Numbered from the stretch's first letter, positions 32,394 through 46,694 are shown. The stretch is 64,000 nt of DNA from Candidatus Krumholzibacteriia bacterium (GCA_050174015.1 JBFXKG010000001.1:192001-256000), one strand, 5' to 3'. Notes: a model not told the origin generated them from the letters alone. Program-made: numbers and translations.

Positions 32394-34604
32394 ATGTACG
32401 ATATCGAGGCCTCGCTGGACAAACAGATCCTGGCGGCGATGAACAACCGGCCCGCGGTCGTGTTCACCGAGGCGCTCGATCCCCGGGTCGTCGAGGCGGC
32501 CTGCCACCTGCCCCGGTTCGCCCGTCCGGTCTTCCTGGCCGCCGAGGAGAAGGTCAAGCAGGTCATCCACGAGCATCTGCCCCACCTGGACCGCACCCGC
32601 GCCGAATTCACCCTGGCCGAGAGCGCCTTCGTCGATCCCCTGGAGCGCACCGACCTGCTGGAGGAGTTCGCCCGCGCCTGCACGGAACTGCCCCAGTCCC
32701 TCAGCCGGACCCGCGACTTCGACGAGGCCCTGGAACTGGTCAGCCAGCCCGCGCGGTTCGGGATCATGGCCGTGCGGCAGGGGCACGCCGACGTGGTCGT
32801 CGGCGGGGCGACCCACGAGCCCCGGGACTACTTCCGGCCCATGATCCGGCTGCTGGCCAAGCAGGAGATCGTCTGCGAGGCGGGCGTGATCGTGCTGCCG
32901 GACAGCCATCCCGGGGACATCTTCCCGCACAACATCCTGGTCGTGGGGGACGTCGGGGTCAACGCCACCATGAACCCCGAGGCCCTCGCCCACTGCGCCG
33001 TGGGCACCTGCGCGGTCGCCCGCGATCTCATCCCCGAAGACGTGCTGCCGGTGATCAACGGGGCCATGGTCTCGTACTCCAACAAGGGGTCGGACGAAGG
33101 GCCCAGTCCCGAACTGGTGCGCCAGGCCACCGGGCTGGTGCCGGAGGTCCTCGCCGACCGGATCACCCGCGGCCAGCGCTACGCCACCATCCACCTCGAG
33201 GGCGAGGTCAAGATCAGCGTGGCCTTGTCCCGGCGTTCGGCGCACCTGTATCGCCGCGGCCAGGAGTCGACCTTCGTCGGCGGCACCAACGTGATCATCG
33301 TGCCGAACCTGGACACCGGCAACCTGCTGTTCCATCTCTACGCCACCCGGTTCCCCGAGGCCAAGAAGTTCAGCGTCATGTTCGGCCTGCGGTTCCAGGG
33401 GGTGGACCTGCCCATGGACTCGACGGCCAACGACGCCACCCTGGCGGTCAAGGCCTCGATCCTGCGGATGCACCGCTTCGGCCACTGGTCGCGAACGCCC
33501 AAGGACACCTTCTTCCGCCGGCACCGCATCCTGGCGGTGAACCCCGGCAGCACCTCGACCAAGATCGCGGTGTTCGAGGGGGACCAGGTGCGGTTCGTGG
33601 AGGAGATCCAGCATTCCGCCGCGGAGCTGCTGCCCTACGAGGGCAAGCGCATCGTCGAGCAGTACCACATGCGCAAGGACGTGATCCTGCGGGTCCTGGG
33701 CGATCACGGCATCGCGGTCGGCGATCTGGACGCGGTCGCGGGGCGGGGCGGCCTGGTCCGGCCCATCCCCCACGGGACCTACGCCGTCAACGACCGCATG
33801 TACGAAGACCTCCTGGGGGGAACCGGGGCGGACCACGCCTCCAACCTCGGCGCCCTGATCGCCCGGGAACTGGTGGGCGAGTCGGGCAAGCCCGCGTTCA
33901 TCGTCGATCCGGTGGTCGTGGACGAGGTCCCCGAGCGGGTGAAGATCACGGGCATGAAGGCCATCCGGCGGAAGGTCATCAGCCACGCCTTGAACCAGAT
34001 CTCCACGGCCCGGCGCTACGCCGAGGAGCACGAGACCTTCTACCGTTACCTCAATCTCATCGTCTGCCACATGGGCGGGGGCATCACCATCGGGGCCCAC
34101 GCCCGCGGCAAGTACATCGACGTGAACAACGGGCTGGACGGGGAGGGCCCCTTCAGCCCCCAGCGCTCGGGGGGGGAGCCCACCGGCGACCTGATCCGCC
34201 TCTGCTTCAGCGGGCGGTACACCCAGGACGAACTGCTCAAGCTCAACAAGGGCCGGGGCGGGCTGATCGACCTGCTGGGCACGGCCGACTTCCGGGAGGT
34301 CGAGCGGCGGATCGAGGCGGATGACCCGGAGGCGGGGGCGGTCTACGAGGCCATGGTCTACCAGATCTGCAAGAACATCACCGCCCTGCTGCCCGCCTTC
34401 GACGGCGAACCGGTGGACCAGGTGCTGTTGACCGGGGGCATGGCCCGCAGCGCGATGCTGGTGCGGGACATCACCGCGGGGGTCAAGGCGCTGGGTTGCG
34501 GCGTCACCGCCTACCCCGGCGAGAACGAGATGTACGCCCTGATGAAGGGCGCCCTGCGGGTCCTTGCCGGCAGGGAAGAGGCCAAGGACTACAACCCCGA
34601 TTGA
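32394..34604 (+). CDS. buk: Fused phosphate acyltransferase (PTA/PTB) and butyrate kinase
   Basis: N-half PTA-like (VSYSNKGS, EGE, IVPNLDTGN); C-half ILAVNPGSTSTK, GRGG, HASNLG, DPVVVDE, HALN, HMGGG, GPFSP.RSG, LTGG. Confidence 0.88.
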   Translation: MYDIEASLDKQILAAMNNRPAVVFTEALDPRVVEAACHLPRFARPVFLAAEEKVKQVIHEHLPHLDRTRAEFTLAESAFVDPLERTDLLEEFARACTELPQSLSRTRDFDEALELVSQPARFGIMAVRQGHADVVVGGATHEPRDYFRPMIRLLAKQEIVCEAGVIVLPDSHPGDIFPHNILVVGDVGVNATMNPEALAHCAVGTCAVARDLIPEDVLPVINGAMVSYSNKGSDEGPSPELVRQATGLVPEVLADRITRGQRYATIHLEGEVKISVALSRRSAHLYRRGQESTFVGGTNVIIVPNLDTGNLLFHLYATRFPEAKKFSVMFGLRFQGVDLPMDSTANDATLAVKASILRMHRFGHWSRTPKDTFFRRHRILAVNPGSTSTKIAVFEGDQVRFVEEIQHSAAELLPYEGKRIVEQYHMRKDVILRVLGDHGIAVGDLDAVAGRGGLVRPIPHGTYAVNDRMYEDLLGGTGADHASNLGALIARELVGESGKPAFIVDPVVVDEVPERVKITGMKAIRRKVISHALNQISTARRYAEEHETFYRYLNLIVCHMGGGITIGAHARGKYIDVNNGLDGEGPFSPQRSGGEPTGDLIRLCFSGRYTQDELLKLNKGRGGLIDLLGTADFREVERRIEADDPEAGAVYEAMVYQICKNITALLPAFDGEPVDQVLLTGGMARSAMLVRDITAGVKALGCGVTAYPGENEMYALMKGALRVLAGREEAKDYNPD

Positions 34605-34614
34605 TGGAGCCAGC

Positions 34615-35550
34615 ATGAATCCGATCACGAATCTCGACCAGCTCGTCGCCGGCCTGCAGGGATCCGAGCCCCGCCGCGTCGTCATCGCCGCCGGGCACGA
34701 TCCCCATTCCATCCGGGCCGCCGCCCGGGCCGCCGCGGAGAAGGTCGCCCGGGTCACGCTGGTGGGGGACCGGGAGCGTATCGTCCGGCTGTGCGGGGAG
34801 TTCGCCCTGGACCGGGACCTGTTCTCGGTCGTGGACGAACCCGACCTCGTGGCCGCCGGAGCGCGGGCCGTGGCGATGGTCCGTGCGGGCGAGGCCGACG
34901 TGCTGATGAAGGGCCTCATCGGCACGGCCGACTACATGAAGTTGATCCTGAACAAGGACCAGGGGCTGCTGCCCGCGGGCAACGTCCTGTCCCACGTGAC
35001 GGTCGTGGAAGCGCCGGCCGGACGGCTGGATCCGGCCCGGCTCCTCTTCGCTGCGGACGTCGCGATCATTCCCGCCCCAGATCTCGAAACGAAGATCCGG
35101 ATCCTGGGCTACTGCGCGGCGGCCGCCCGCAGCTTCGGGATCGCCCGGCCCAGGGCCGCGCTGATCACGGCCAGCGAAAAGGTGAGCCCCAGGATGCCGG
35201 CCACGGTGGAGGCCGCGGAGATCGTCCGGCGCCACGCGGCCGGAGAGCTGGACGACCTGGTGGGCGAGGCCGAGGTGGCCGGGCCCCTGGCTCTGGATCT
35301 GGCGCTGTCGGCCGAGGCCTGCGCCATCAAGGGATTCGTCTCCCCGGTGGGCGGGGCGGCGGACGTGCTGGTCTTTCCCGGCATCGAGGCGGGAAACGTC
35401 TTCTACAAGGCGGTCACCCAGCTGGCCGCAGCCCGCATCGCCGCCGTCGTCGTGGGCACCGAGGTCCCCTGCGTCCTAACCAGCCGGGCGGACAGCGAGG
35501 AGACCAAGTTCCTTTCGATCGCCATGGGTTGCCGGCTGGCGGGCGGATAA
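34615..35550 (+). CDS. ptb: Phosphate butyryltransferase
   Basis: LMKG...T, LSHV, D.AI.P.P, GPLALD.A.S, P.IEAGN, LTSRADS. Confidence 0.88.
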   Translation: MNPITNLDQLVAGLQGSEPRRVVIAAGHDPHSIRAAARAAAEKVARVTLVGDRERIVRLCGEFALDRDLFSVVDEPDLVAAGARAVAMVRAGEADVLMKGLIGTADYMKLILNKDQGLLPAGNVLSHVTVVEAPAGRLDPARLLFAADVAIIPAPDLETKIRILGYCAAAARSFGIARPRAALITASEKVSPRMPATVEAAEIVRRHAAGELDDLVGEAEVAGPLALDLALSAEACAIKGFVSPVGGAADVLVFPGIEAGNVFYKAVTQLAAARIAAVVVGTEVPCVLTSRADSEETKFLSIAMGCRLAGG

Positions 35551-35639
35551 TGGTGTCGAATTCCGGGCGGATCGGGGATAAGTTTACCGGAGGTTGAGGA
35601 TCCCGCCGGGCGGCGGTCGGCAGGAGGTGAGCCGGAAGG

Positions 35640-35810
35640 ATGTACGCAATCATCGACCGGAGCGGCTATCTCCTGGTGGCCAGGTCCGGGATGGTGTCGG
35701 CACTTGGCAGGATCTGGGTGGGGTCGGTCTTCGGCAGGTTGCCCTATGCCGCCCGGGTTCTCGATTCCATTCCCGACGCCGAGAGATGGTTGACCAGTCC
35801 GGACCCGTGA
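35640..35810 (+). CDS. Small 56-aa ORF absent from the supplied track (possible SpoIIAA/STAS-like remnant)
   Basis: AGGAGGTGA RBS, then MYAIIDRSGYLLVARSGMVSALGRIWVGSVFGRLPYAARVLDSIPDAERWLTSPDP. Confidence 0.4.
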   Translation: MYAIIDRSGYLLVARSGMVSALGRIWVGSVFGRLPYAARVLDSIPDAERWLTSPDP

Positions 35811-35841
35811 CAGCGGCTTTCCGCCAACGAAAGGTGATCAC

Positions 35842-36342
35842 ATGGCCAACACCCGCGACAACCTGAAGGAAGCCTTCGCCGGCGAAAGCCAGGCCTTCCA
35901 GAAATACACCTCCTTCGCCGAAGCCGCCGAGAAGGACGGGCTGCCCAACATCGCCCGCCTCTTCCGGACGACGGCCCAGGCCGAGCGCATCCACGCCGCG
36001 GGCCACTTCGCCGCCCTCGACGGCGTGGGCTCGACGGTGGACAACCTGAAGGCCGCCATCGGGGGGGAGACCTACGAGTTCGAGCAGATGTATCCCCCCA
36101 TGCTGGAGCAGGCCGTGGCCGAGGGCCACAAGGCCAAGCGCATGTTCAAGTTCGCCGTCGAGGCGGAGGAGATCCACGCCCGACTCTACAAGCGGGCCCT
36201 GGACGCCGCCGCCAACGGCGAGGACCTGGACACCGACAAGTTCTACCTCTGCGCCGTGTGCGGGCACATCGAGTTCGGCAAGGCGCCCGAGAAGTGCCCC
36301 ATCTGCGGGGTGCCGGCGAGCAAGTACGTCCTGATCGACTAG
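35842..36342 (+). CDS. rbr: Rubrerythrin
   Basis: EAFAGES, E..HA, GETYE...MYP, E..H diiron ligands; C-terminal CAVC...CPIC. Confidence 0.93.
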   Translation: MANTRDNLKEAFAGESQAFQKYTSFAEAAEKDGLPNIARLFRTTAQAERIHAAGHFAALDGVGSTVDNLKAAIGGETYEFEQMYPPMLEQAVAEGHKAKRMFKFAVEAEEIHARLYKRALDAAANGEDLDTDKFYLCAVCGHIEFGKAPEKCPICGVPASKYVLID

Positions 36343-36456
36343 ACGGCCTGACCGGAGGCCCGGGGCAGGCTTGTCCCGGGCCCTTTCGTCCCTCCGATCC
36401 AGCGGGACCCCGGGAGGATTGCCGACGGCGGTCAGGGGGTCGGAAAGTGAGCGGCC

Positions 36457-36654
36457 ATGATCGGGGATGGGCTCGTGGGCGTCGACATCCAGTGCCCCTG
36501 TTGCTGGCAGGCCATCGAGGTGCTCGTGGATCCCTCGGTTCCCTTCCAGGAGTACGTCGAGGATTGCCAGGTCTGCTGCCGGCCGCTGGTGATGACCGTC
36601 CAGGTCCTGGAGGAGGGACCGCCCCGGGTCGCGGTTCGGCCCGAAACCGACTGA
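36457..36654 (+). CDS. CPXCG-motif cysteine-rich small protein
   Basis: CPCC....VD.S...QEYVEDCQVCCRP. Confidence 0.8.
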   Translation: MIGDGLVGVDIQCPCCWQAIEVLVDPSVPFQEYVEDCQVCCRPLVMTVQVLEEGPPRVAVRPETD

Positions 36655-36802
36655 AACGCGGCGGAAAAGGGCGCTTCCCGACCCGTGAAATGCCCAACAT
36701 CTTGACAATCCCGGCGGTTTTCCGTGTTTTGGGGAAACTTCCGCGGCGCCCGCGCGTTTCGGACCGGTCACCCCGTGATCTCCTCCAACCATTGGAGTCC
36801 CC

Positions 36803-38182
36803 ATGACCCAGGGCCATCCCAAGGGCCTCTACGTCCTCTTCTACACCGAGATGTGGGAACGCTTCAGCTACTACGGGATGCGCGCCATCCTCGTGCTCTA
36901 CATGACCAAGGCCCTGATGTTCGACGTCGCCAAGGCCTCGACCATCTACGGGAACTTCACCGGCCTGGCCTACCTGATGCCGCTGGCGGGGGGGTACATC
37001 GCCGATCGCTGGTGGGGCAACCGCCGCTCCATCCTCGTCGGCGGGCTGATCATGGCCGTGGGCCAGTTCCTGATATTCCTCAGCGCCAGCTTCTACGACG
37101 ATCCGGGCCTGGCCCATCCCCTGCTGTGGGGCGGGCTCGGGGTGATCATCGCAGGCACGGGTCTGTTCAAGGCCAACATCGCCTCCATGGTGGGTTCGCT
37201 CTACGCCCCGGACGACAAGCGCAAGGATTCGGCCTTCACCATCTTCTACATGGGGATCAACATCGGCGCGTTCCTGGCCCCCCTGGTCGCCGGCGGCCTG
37301 GGCGACACCGGCAACCCCGAGGACTTCCGCTGGGGCTTCCTGTCCGCGGCGATCGGCATGCTGCTGGGGACGGTCATCTTCCAGATCTCCAAGGACAAGC
37401 ACGTGGTGGATGCCGACGGCCACCCCCTGGGCCTGCCCCCCGCGGAGCACCGCCGGTTGAATCACCGGAGTTCCGCGGATCACGACAGGCCCATGGTCAG
37501 GGAGGACTGGGAGCGCGTCGCGGTCATCTTCATCCTCTCGTTCTTCGTGATCTTCTTCTGGGCCGCATTCGAGCAGGCCGGAGCCTCCCTGACCGTCTTC
37601 GCGGACCGGCAGACCGACCGGGACCTGCTGGGCTGGACGGTACCCGCCAGCTGGTTCCAGTCCGTCAACGCCGTGGCCATCGTCCTGTTCGCCCCGCTCT
37701 TCGCCTGGCTGTGGTCCCGCCTGGCCAGGAGGGGCCTGGATCCCAGCACCCCGGTCAAGATGTCCTTCGGCTTCTTCTTCCTGGGGCTGGGCTACCTGGT
37801 GATCTCCTTCGGGGTGGACGGGCTGGATCCCACCACCAAGGTCAGCATGATGTGGTTGATCAGCCTCTACCTGTTGCACACTTTCGGGGAGCTGTGCCTG
37901 TCCCCCATCGGGCTGTCGGCGGTCAGCAAGCTTTCGCCCCCCAAATTCGCTTCCCTGATGATGGGGGTGTGGTACCTTGCCTCATCGCTGGCCAACAAGA
38001 TGGCCGGGGTGCTCAGCAGCTTCTACCCAGAGGAGGGCAAGGCGGCCCCGGTCCTGCTGGGGTACGAGGTCACCGACCTGCACGGGTTCTTCGTGATCTT
38101 CGTCGTGATGTCCGCCGCCGCGGGCGTGGTCCTGTTCCTGCTGGCGCGGCCGATCTCCAGGTGGAGCCACGGCCGGGCCTGA
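36803..38182 (+). CDS. POT/PTR proton-dependent oligopeptide transporter
   Basis: EMWERFSYYGMR, GGYIADR, FYMGINIG, GELCLSP.GLS. Confidence 0.95.
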   Translation: MTQGHPKGLYVLFYTEMWERFSYYGMRAILVLYMTKALMFDVAKASTIYGNFTGLAYLMPLAGGYIADRWWGNRRSILVGGLIMAVGQFLIFLSASFYDDPGLAHPLLWGGLGVIIAGTGLFKANIASMVGSLYAPDDKRKDSAFTIFYMGINIGAFLAPLVAGGLGDTGNPEDFRWGFLSAAIGMLLGTVIFQISKDKHVVDADGHPLGLPPAEHRRLNHRSSADHDRPMVREDWERVAVIFILSFFVIFFWAAFEQAGASLTVFADRQTDRDLLGWTVPASWFQSVNAVAIVLFAPLFAWLWSRLARRGLDPSTPVKMSFGFFFLGLGYLVISFGVDGLDPTTKVSMMWLISLYLLHTFGELCLSPIGLSAVSKLSPPKFASLMMGVWYLASSLANKMAGVLSSFYPEEGKAAPVLLGYEVTDLHGFFVIFVVMSAAAGVVLFLLARPISRWSHGRA

Positions 38183-38206
38183 TCCGGATGACCAGGGAGA
38201 TGCCGG

Positions 38207-39931
38207 ATGCGCACTGAAATCGTCAAGGCGGTGGCCGCCGCCGCCGGGCTGCCCGAGGCCGAGATCGACGGTCAATTGACCGATTCCCGTGAACCGGGGC
38301 ACGGCGACTTCGCCTTGCCCTGCTTCATTCTCGCCAGGGCCTGGAAGAAGTCCCCGCCGGCCTGCGCGGCCAAGCTGGCGGGCGATGTGGCGCTGCCTGA
38401 GGGAGTGGACCGGTGCGAGGCGGCGGGTCCCTACCTCAACTTCTATCTGGACCGGGCGGCCGAGAGCCTGCGGCTGGTCGGCGGGATCCTGGCCGCCGGG
38501 GAGGGCGTCGGGCGGGGCGCCCCCCGCGACGAGCGCATCGTGGTGGAATACTCCAGCCCCAACATCGCCAAGCCCTTCCACGTGGGTCACCTGCGGACCA
38601 CCGTGATCGGGCACGCGCTGGCCCGCATCCACCGGCACCTGGGTTACGAGGTCATCAGCATCAACCACCTGGGGGACTGGGGCACCCAGTTCGGGTTCGT
38701 CTGGGCGGGCTGCGAGATCTGGGGCAAGCCGGCCGACGCCCGCATCGCCGACCTGGTCGGTCTCTACCAGCGGGCCACCGGCCTGCGGAAGGACCAGGAC
38801 GCAGGCAAGGTCCCTCCCGGGGACGCGGACAAGCCCGACGTGAACGCCATGGCCCGGGACTACTTCATCCGCCTGGAGGCGGGCGAGCCCGAGGCGCGGG
38901 GCTTCTGGGAATGGTGCCTGGACATCTCCCTGGACTACTTCAAGAGCATGTACGACCGGATGGGCGTGCACTTCGACCACTACACCGGCGAGTCCTTCTT
39001 CCAGGACCGCCTGGCCGGGGTCGAGAGCATGATCCGCGGCAGCGGGATCCTCGAGGAGTCCCGCGGCGCCCTGGGGGTGGACCTGGGTCCCCGGCTCGGA
39101 TTCGTCCGGGTGTTCGCCGAGGACGGCCGCTCCCTCTACATCACCCGCGACATCGCCGCGGCGGAGTACCGCACCGAGACCTTCGACCCCGTCAGGATCC
39201 TGTACGTGGTGGGGGCGCCCCAGCAGCTGCACTTCCAGCAGCTCGTCGGGGTGCTCGAGCGGATGGGCCGCCCGTCCGCCTCGCGGATCGTCCACGTCCC
39301 GTACGGGCACGTGCCGGGCATCAGCACCCGCGGCGGGGCGGCCGACGAGAAGGTCCTGCTGAACGACCTGCTGGACGACGCCCATGCCCGGGCGCGCGAA
39401 GCCTACTCGTCGCAGGTGGTCAAGAAACCCCAGGACGTCGATGAGGAGGCCCTCGCCGAGGCGGTGGGCCTCGGCGCGATCTTCTTCGACTACCTGAGCC
39501 GTTCCAACATCAAGGACTTCCACTTCAACTGGGACGACGCCCTGAACTTCCAGGGCGACACCGGGCCGTACATCCAGTACGCCCTGGCCCGCATCAACAG
39601 CATCGCGGCCAAGGCCGCCGCCACGGGTCTCGATCCCGCCGGGGGCTTCGACGCCTCCCTGCTGGCGGGAGACGACACCTACCAGCTGGTCTTCCAGCTG
39701 CGACGGTTCGAGGGGGTCCTCCGGAAGGCCGCGGCCGAGTACGAGCCCTACCTGCTGGCCAACTACCTGCTGGAGCTGGCCCGTTCGTTCAGCGCCCGGT
39801 ACAGCTCCCTGCGGGTCCTGGGGGAGGAGCCCACCGTGGCGCAGGCCAGGTTGTCGCTGTTCTGCGCGGTCGGCAACGTGCTGCGGACCGGTCTGGGCCT
39901 GCTCGGCGTGCCGCCGGTGGAGCGGATGTAG
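38207..39931 (+). CDS. argS: Arginine--tRNA ligase
   Basis: EYSSPNIAKPFHVGHLR, NHLGDWGTQFG, YITRD, GDTGPYIQY, C-terminal ERM. Confidence 0.96.
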   Translation: MRTEIVKAVAAAAGLPEAEIDGQLTDSREPGHGDFALPCFILARAWKKSPPACAAKLAGDVALPEGVDRCEAAGPYLNFYLDRAAESLRLVGGILAAGEGVGRGAPRDERIVVEYSSPNIAKPFHVGHLRTTVIGHALARIHRHLGYEVISINHLGDWGTQFGFVWAGCEIWGKPADARIADLVGLYQRATGLRKDQDAGKVPPGDADKPDVNAMARDYFIRLEAGEPEARGFWEWCLDISLDYFKSMYDRMGVHFDHYTGESFFQDRLAGVESMIRGSGILEESRGALGVDLGPRLGFVRVFAEDGRSLYITRDIAAAEYRTETFDPVRILYVVGAPQQLHFQQLVGVLERMGRPSASRIVHVPYGHVPGISTRGGAADEKVLLNDLLDDAHARAREAYSSQVVKKPQDVDEEALAEAVGLGAIFFDYLSRSNIKDFHFNWDDALNFQGDTGPYIQYALARINSIAAKAAATGLDPAGGFDASLLAGDDTYQLVFQLRRFEGVLRKAAAEYEPYLLANYLLELARSFSARYSSLRVLGEEPTVAQARLSLFCAVGNVLRTGLGLLGVPPVERM

Positions 39932-39943
39932 GACCGCCGGCGA

Positions 39944-40423
39944 TCATCGGAACAGGGCCTTGACCCTTCCGAACGATCCGTTCCCGTCATCCACCGTGGT
40001 CAGCGCCAGATCCCCCCTGATTTCACCGGACGGATAGGTCGACGAGTGGACGTTGATGTAGACCAGACCGTCCAGGAGCAGGGTGACGTCCTCGGGGTCG
40101 AGCGCCCAGACGCCGATCTTGGGTGAACCCGGGGGCAGGGTCAGCAGCCGGGGACCGATGGCTCCGGCCTCCCCGTAGTGGAAGTGGGCGCCGGTCTCGT
40201 CCCCTTCGAGACCGGAGTAGGTCACGGTGTATTCGGCCTGCGTCAAATCGTCGTTCAGGATCACCGTCGCGTATCCGATGGCGCTGGAGGGCGTCCCCGC
40301 AGTCGGCCCGTCGAGGATGCACTGGAAGACAGGTCCCCCCAGAGCGGCTCCGGCAAGGCAGGTGAACAGCGTCGCGGCAGCCGACCAAATTCCAACGACC
40401 GTCATCGATTCCGTTTTCGTCAT
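39944..40423 (-). CDS. Secreted CHRD-domain protein
   Basis: AHFH.G..G..GP, YINVHS..YPSGEIRG; signal peptide; GGAGG RBS. Confidence 0.85.
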   Translation of the reverse strand: MTKTESMTVVGIWSAAATLFTCLAGAALGGPVFQCILDGPTAGTPSSAIGYATVILNDDLTQAEYTVTYSGLEGDETGAHFHYGEAGAIGPRLLTLPPGSPKIGVWALDPEDVTLLLDGLVYINVHSSTYPSGEIRGDLALTTVDDGNGSFGRVKALFR

Positions 40424-40557
40424 GAGTCACCTCCAGGATGAAACATAAAAACAATACAAATTTTATCCAATTTAAGCCACGGGGAGGATTTTGTCTGTGG
40501 ATATCAGCCGACCCGGGCCCATCTTGGGGGCCCGGGTCGCTCGTCCGGAGGCGGTGG

Positions 40558-44559
<4,002 letters not shown>

Positions 44560-44687
44560 GATGGCTCCTGACGGAGAGCGAGTTCCAGTCCGGGTCTCAT
44601 CCGGAAAACTGGGAATGGAATCGGCTGATCAGAAAGAGACTTAAGGAGGAAATGGGGCGCCGCGGGAACCGCGACGCCCGCGGGGGA

Positions 44688-46694
44688 TCACAGGGAAAGG
44701 CTCAGGCCCCCGGAAACGACCCGCCCCGGCTGGGGCAGGCCCACCTGGGAATCCACCCACTGGTCGAACAGATTGTCGACCCGCAGGTGGAGCTCGACGG
44801 CCCTGCCGTCCTGGACCCAGCGGTACCCCGCCCGGGCGTTCCAGGTCACCCCGGCAGGGAGCCGCAACAGACCGCCGGCGGCGTCCGAGGCCCCGGATCC
44901 GTCCGCGCTCCAGCGGGGTCCCGTCAGGGCGGCTTCGACCCGGGCGCCGGGACCCCGGTCCCGGTGGAGGCCGATCCCCAGGCGGGACATGTAGTCGGGA
45001 CGATCCTCGGCGGGGGCGTCGAATCCCGTCGGGGTTTCGGTCCGGGGGGCGAGGATGGTGTGCTGGGCGGAGATCCACACGTCGCCGGCCGGTCTCCATG
45101 AACCCGCGGCCTCCCAGCCCGGCACCCGGATGGACGTGCGATTGACGCGCATGAACCGGCCGTCGGAACCGGGGATCTTCACCTTCTCGATGCCCCCGTC
45201 CAGGGTCTGATGGAAAATGGTGGTGCTCAGGGACCAGTCCCGGCCGCGGGCGGCCAGGCCGATCTCGGCGAGATCCTGCCGTTCGGGACGCAGGTCGGGG
45301 TTGGGTTCGAACTTGCCCAGGGCTCCGGAGAACATTTCCCGGAGGGAGGGGAACCGGGACCGGCGGGAGATCGAGCCGTACAGCTCGGTATCCCTGCCGA
45401 GCTGCCGCTGCACCCGAAGGTTCAGGGCTTCGGCGCTGTCACCGGACCGGTCCGGCTTGTCGCCCGTCTCGGGGGTGGCGGCCAGGTCGATCCCCGCGCC
45501 GCCGCGGATCGTCCAGTGCTCCCGGGGGCGGAACTCCCCCTCGCAGACCAGGCCCCAGACCCACTGGGCGTAGGCCAGCGTCCCGCCGCCGACGGTCAGG
45601 GATTCCCGGTGGTGGGTGTAGCGGGCGTTGCCCTGGAGGGTCACCCGCCCCGTGTCGGTGATCCAGCGGGTCACGCCCAGCATGCCGTGGCCCGTCCGGT
45701 CGAAGTTCTGCTCGTAGTCCTGGCCGTCCTCGAGGGGCGCCCCCCAGCCGTCGGGTCCGCGCGGGTCGATCTCCTGGTCGAAGTAGTCGAGAGCCGCCAT
45801 GGCGCTCACGTCCCAGACCCCGTCGTGGCCGACGGGAAGGTGCAGGGATGCGCCGACCAGGACCCGATCGCGCGCGGGAAACCGCCAGAACCTGGCGTCG
45901 TCACCCATGTTCAGCTCGGCGGGCACGCCCTTCTTCTGGTGCCATCCGGTGGCCAGCAGGTTGAGGCGGCCGGCGGCGCCGACGGGGCGGCTGCCCCTCA
46001 ACAGCAGGGAGTACTGGTCGAGGTCGCTGTTCTGCCGCTCATCGTCCCCCGTTGCGGCCGGGTGGTCCTGGGGCAGAGGCCAGGAAGCGCGGTCCTGCCA
46101 GCCGCCGGCGCCCAGCAGTTTCCAGCTTCCGGAGTCGGCGTGGTAGGTGGTCCCGAACCGCGTCAGCCCGGACTGCCCCAGGGAAGCGGAAGTGCGGCCC
46201 CGGGCCTCTTCCCCTGCCTCGGGAGCGAGGATGCGGACGCTGCCGGCCAGGACGCCGGGCCCCTCCAGCAGGCTGGCCAGGCCGCGCCGCCCCTCGAGGC
46301 GGCTGTCTCCGGTGATGGGGATGGATTCCAGATCGACGCGGTCGTCCCAGGGCAGACCGAGGGGAATCCCGTCGAGGAAGGTCTGGACGTGGCGCTCGGG
46401 AGCTCCCCGGATCATGAGATAGGACTCGCCCCGGCTGTTGACGGCGACCCGGGTGGAGGGCAGCAGCCCCCCGATGTCGGCCAGGGAGGCGGGGTCCATG
46501 GCCTCGATCTCGGGAGCGGGGATGACCATCACTCCGGTGGCGGGAGGGGCGGCCGCCTCGCTGCTGACGACCAGGTCGGCGATCTCCGTCACGCCGCCGG
46601 CCGCCGGACCAGGGGATTCCTGCCCGGCGAGGGGGGCCGGCAGGGAGACCAGGATCGGCATCAGGACGAGCAGGAGTGCCTTCAATGGACGCAT
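44688..46694 (-). CDS. TonB-dependent receptor
   Basis: Signal peptide, plug IRG..., LDG.P, NPDLRPE, VDNLFD, beta-strand C-terminus. Confidence 0.85.
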   Translation of the reverse strand: MRPLKALLLVLMPILVSLPAPLAGQESPGPAAGGVTEIADLVVSSEAAAPPATGVMVIPAPEIEAMDPASLADIGGLLPSTRVAVNSRGESYLMIRGAPERHVQTFLDGIPLGLPWDDRVDLESIPITGDSRLEGRRGLASLLEGPGVLAGSVRILAPEAGEEARGRTSASLGQSGLTRFGTTYHADSGSWKLLGAGGWQDRASWPLPQDHPAATGDDERQNSDLDQYSLLLRGSRPVGAAGRLNLLATGWHQKKGVPAELNMGDDARFWRFPARDRVLVGASLHLPVGHDGVWDVSAMAALDYFDQEIDPRGPDGWGAPLEDGQDYEQNFDRTGHGMLGVTRWITDTGRVTLQGNARYTHHRESLTVGGGTLAYAQWVWGLVCEGEFRPREHWTIRGGAGIDLAATPETGDKPDRSGDSAEALNLRVQRQLGRDTELYGSISRRSRFPSLREMFSGALGKFEPNPDLRPERQDLAEIGLAARGRDWSLSTTIFHQTLDGGIEKVKIPGSDGRFMRVNRTSIRVPGWEAAGSWRPAGDVWISAQHTILAPRTETPTGFDAPAEDRPDYMSRLGIGLHRDRGPGARVEAALTGPRWSADGSGASDAAGGLLRLPAGVTWNARAGYRWVQDGRAVELHLRVDNLFDQWVDSQVGLPQPGRVVSGGLSLSL

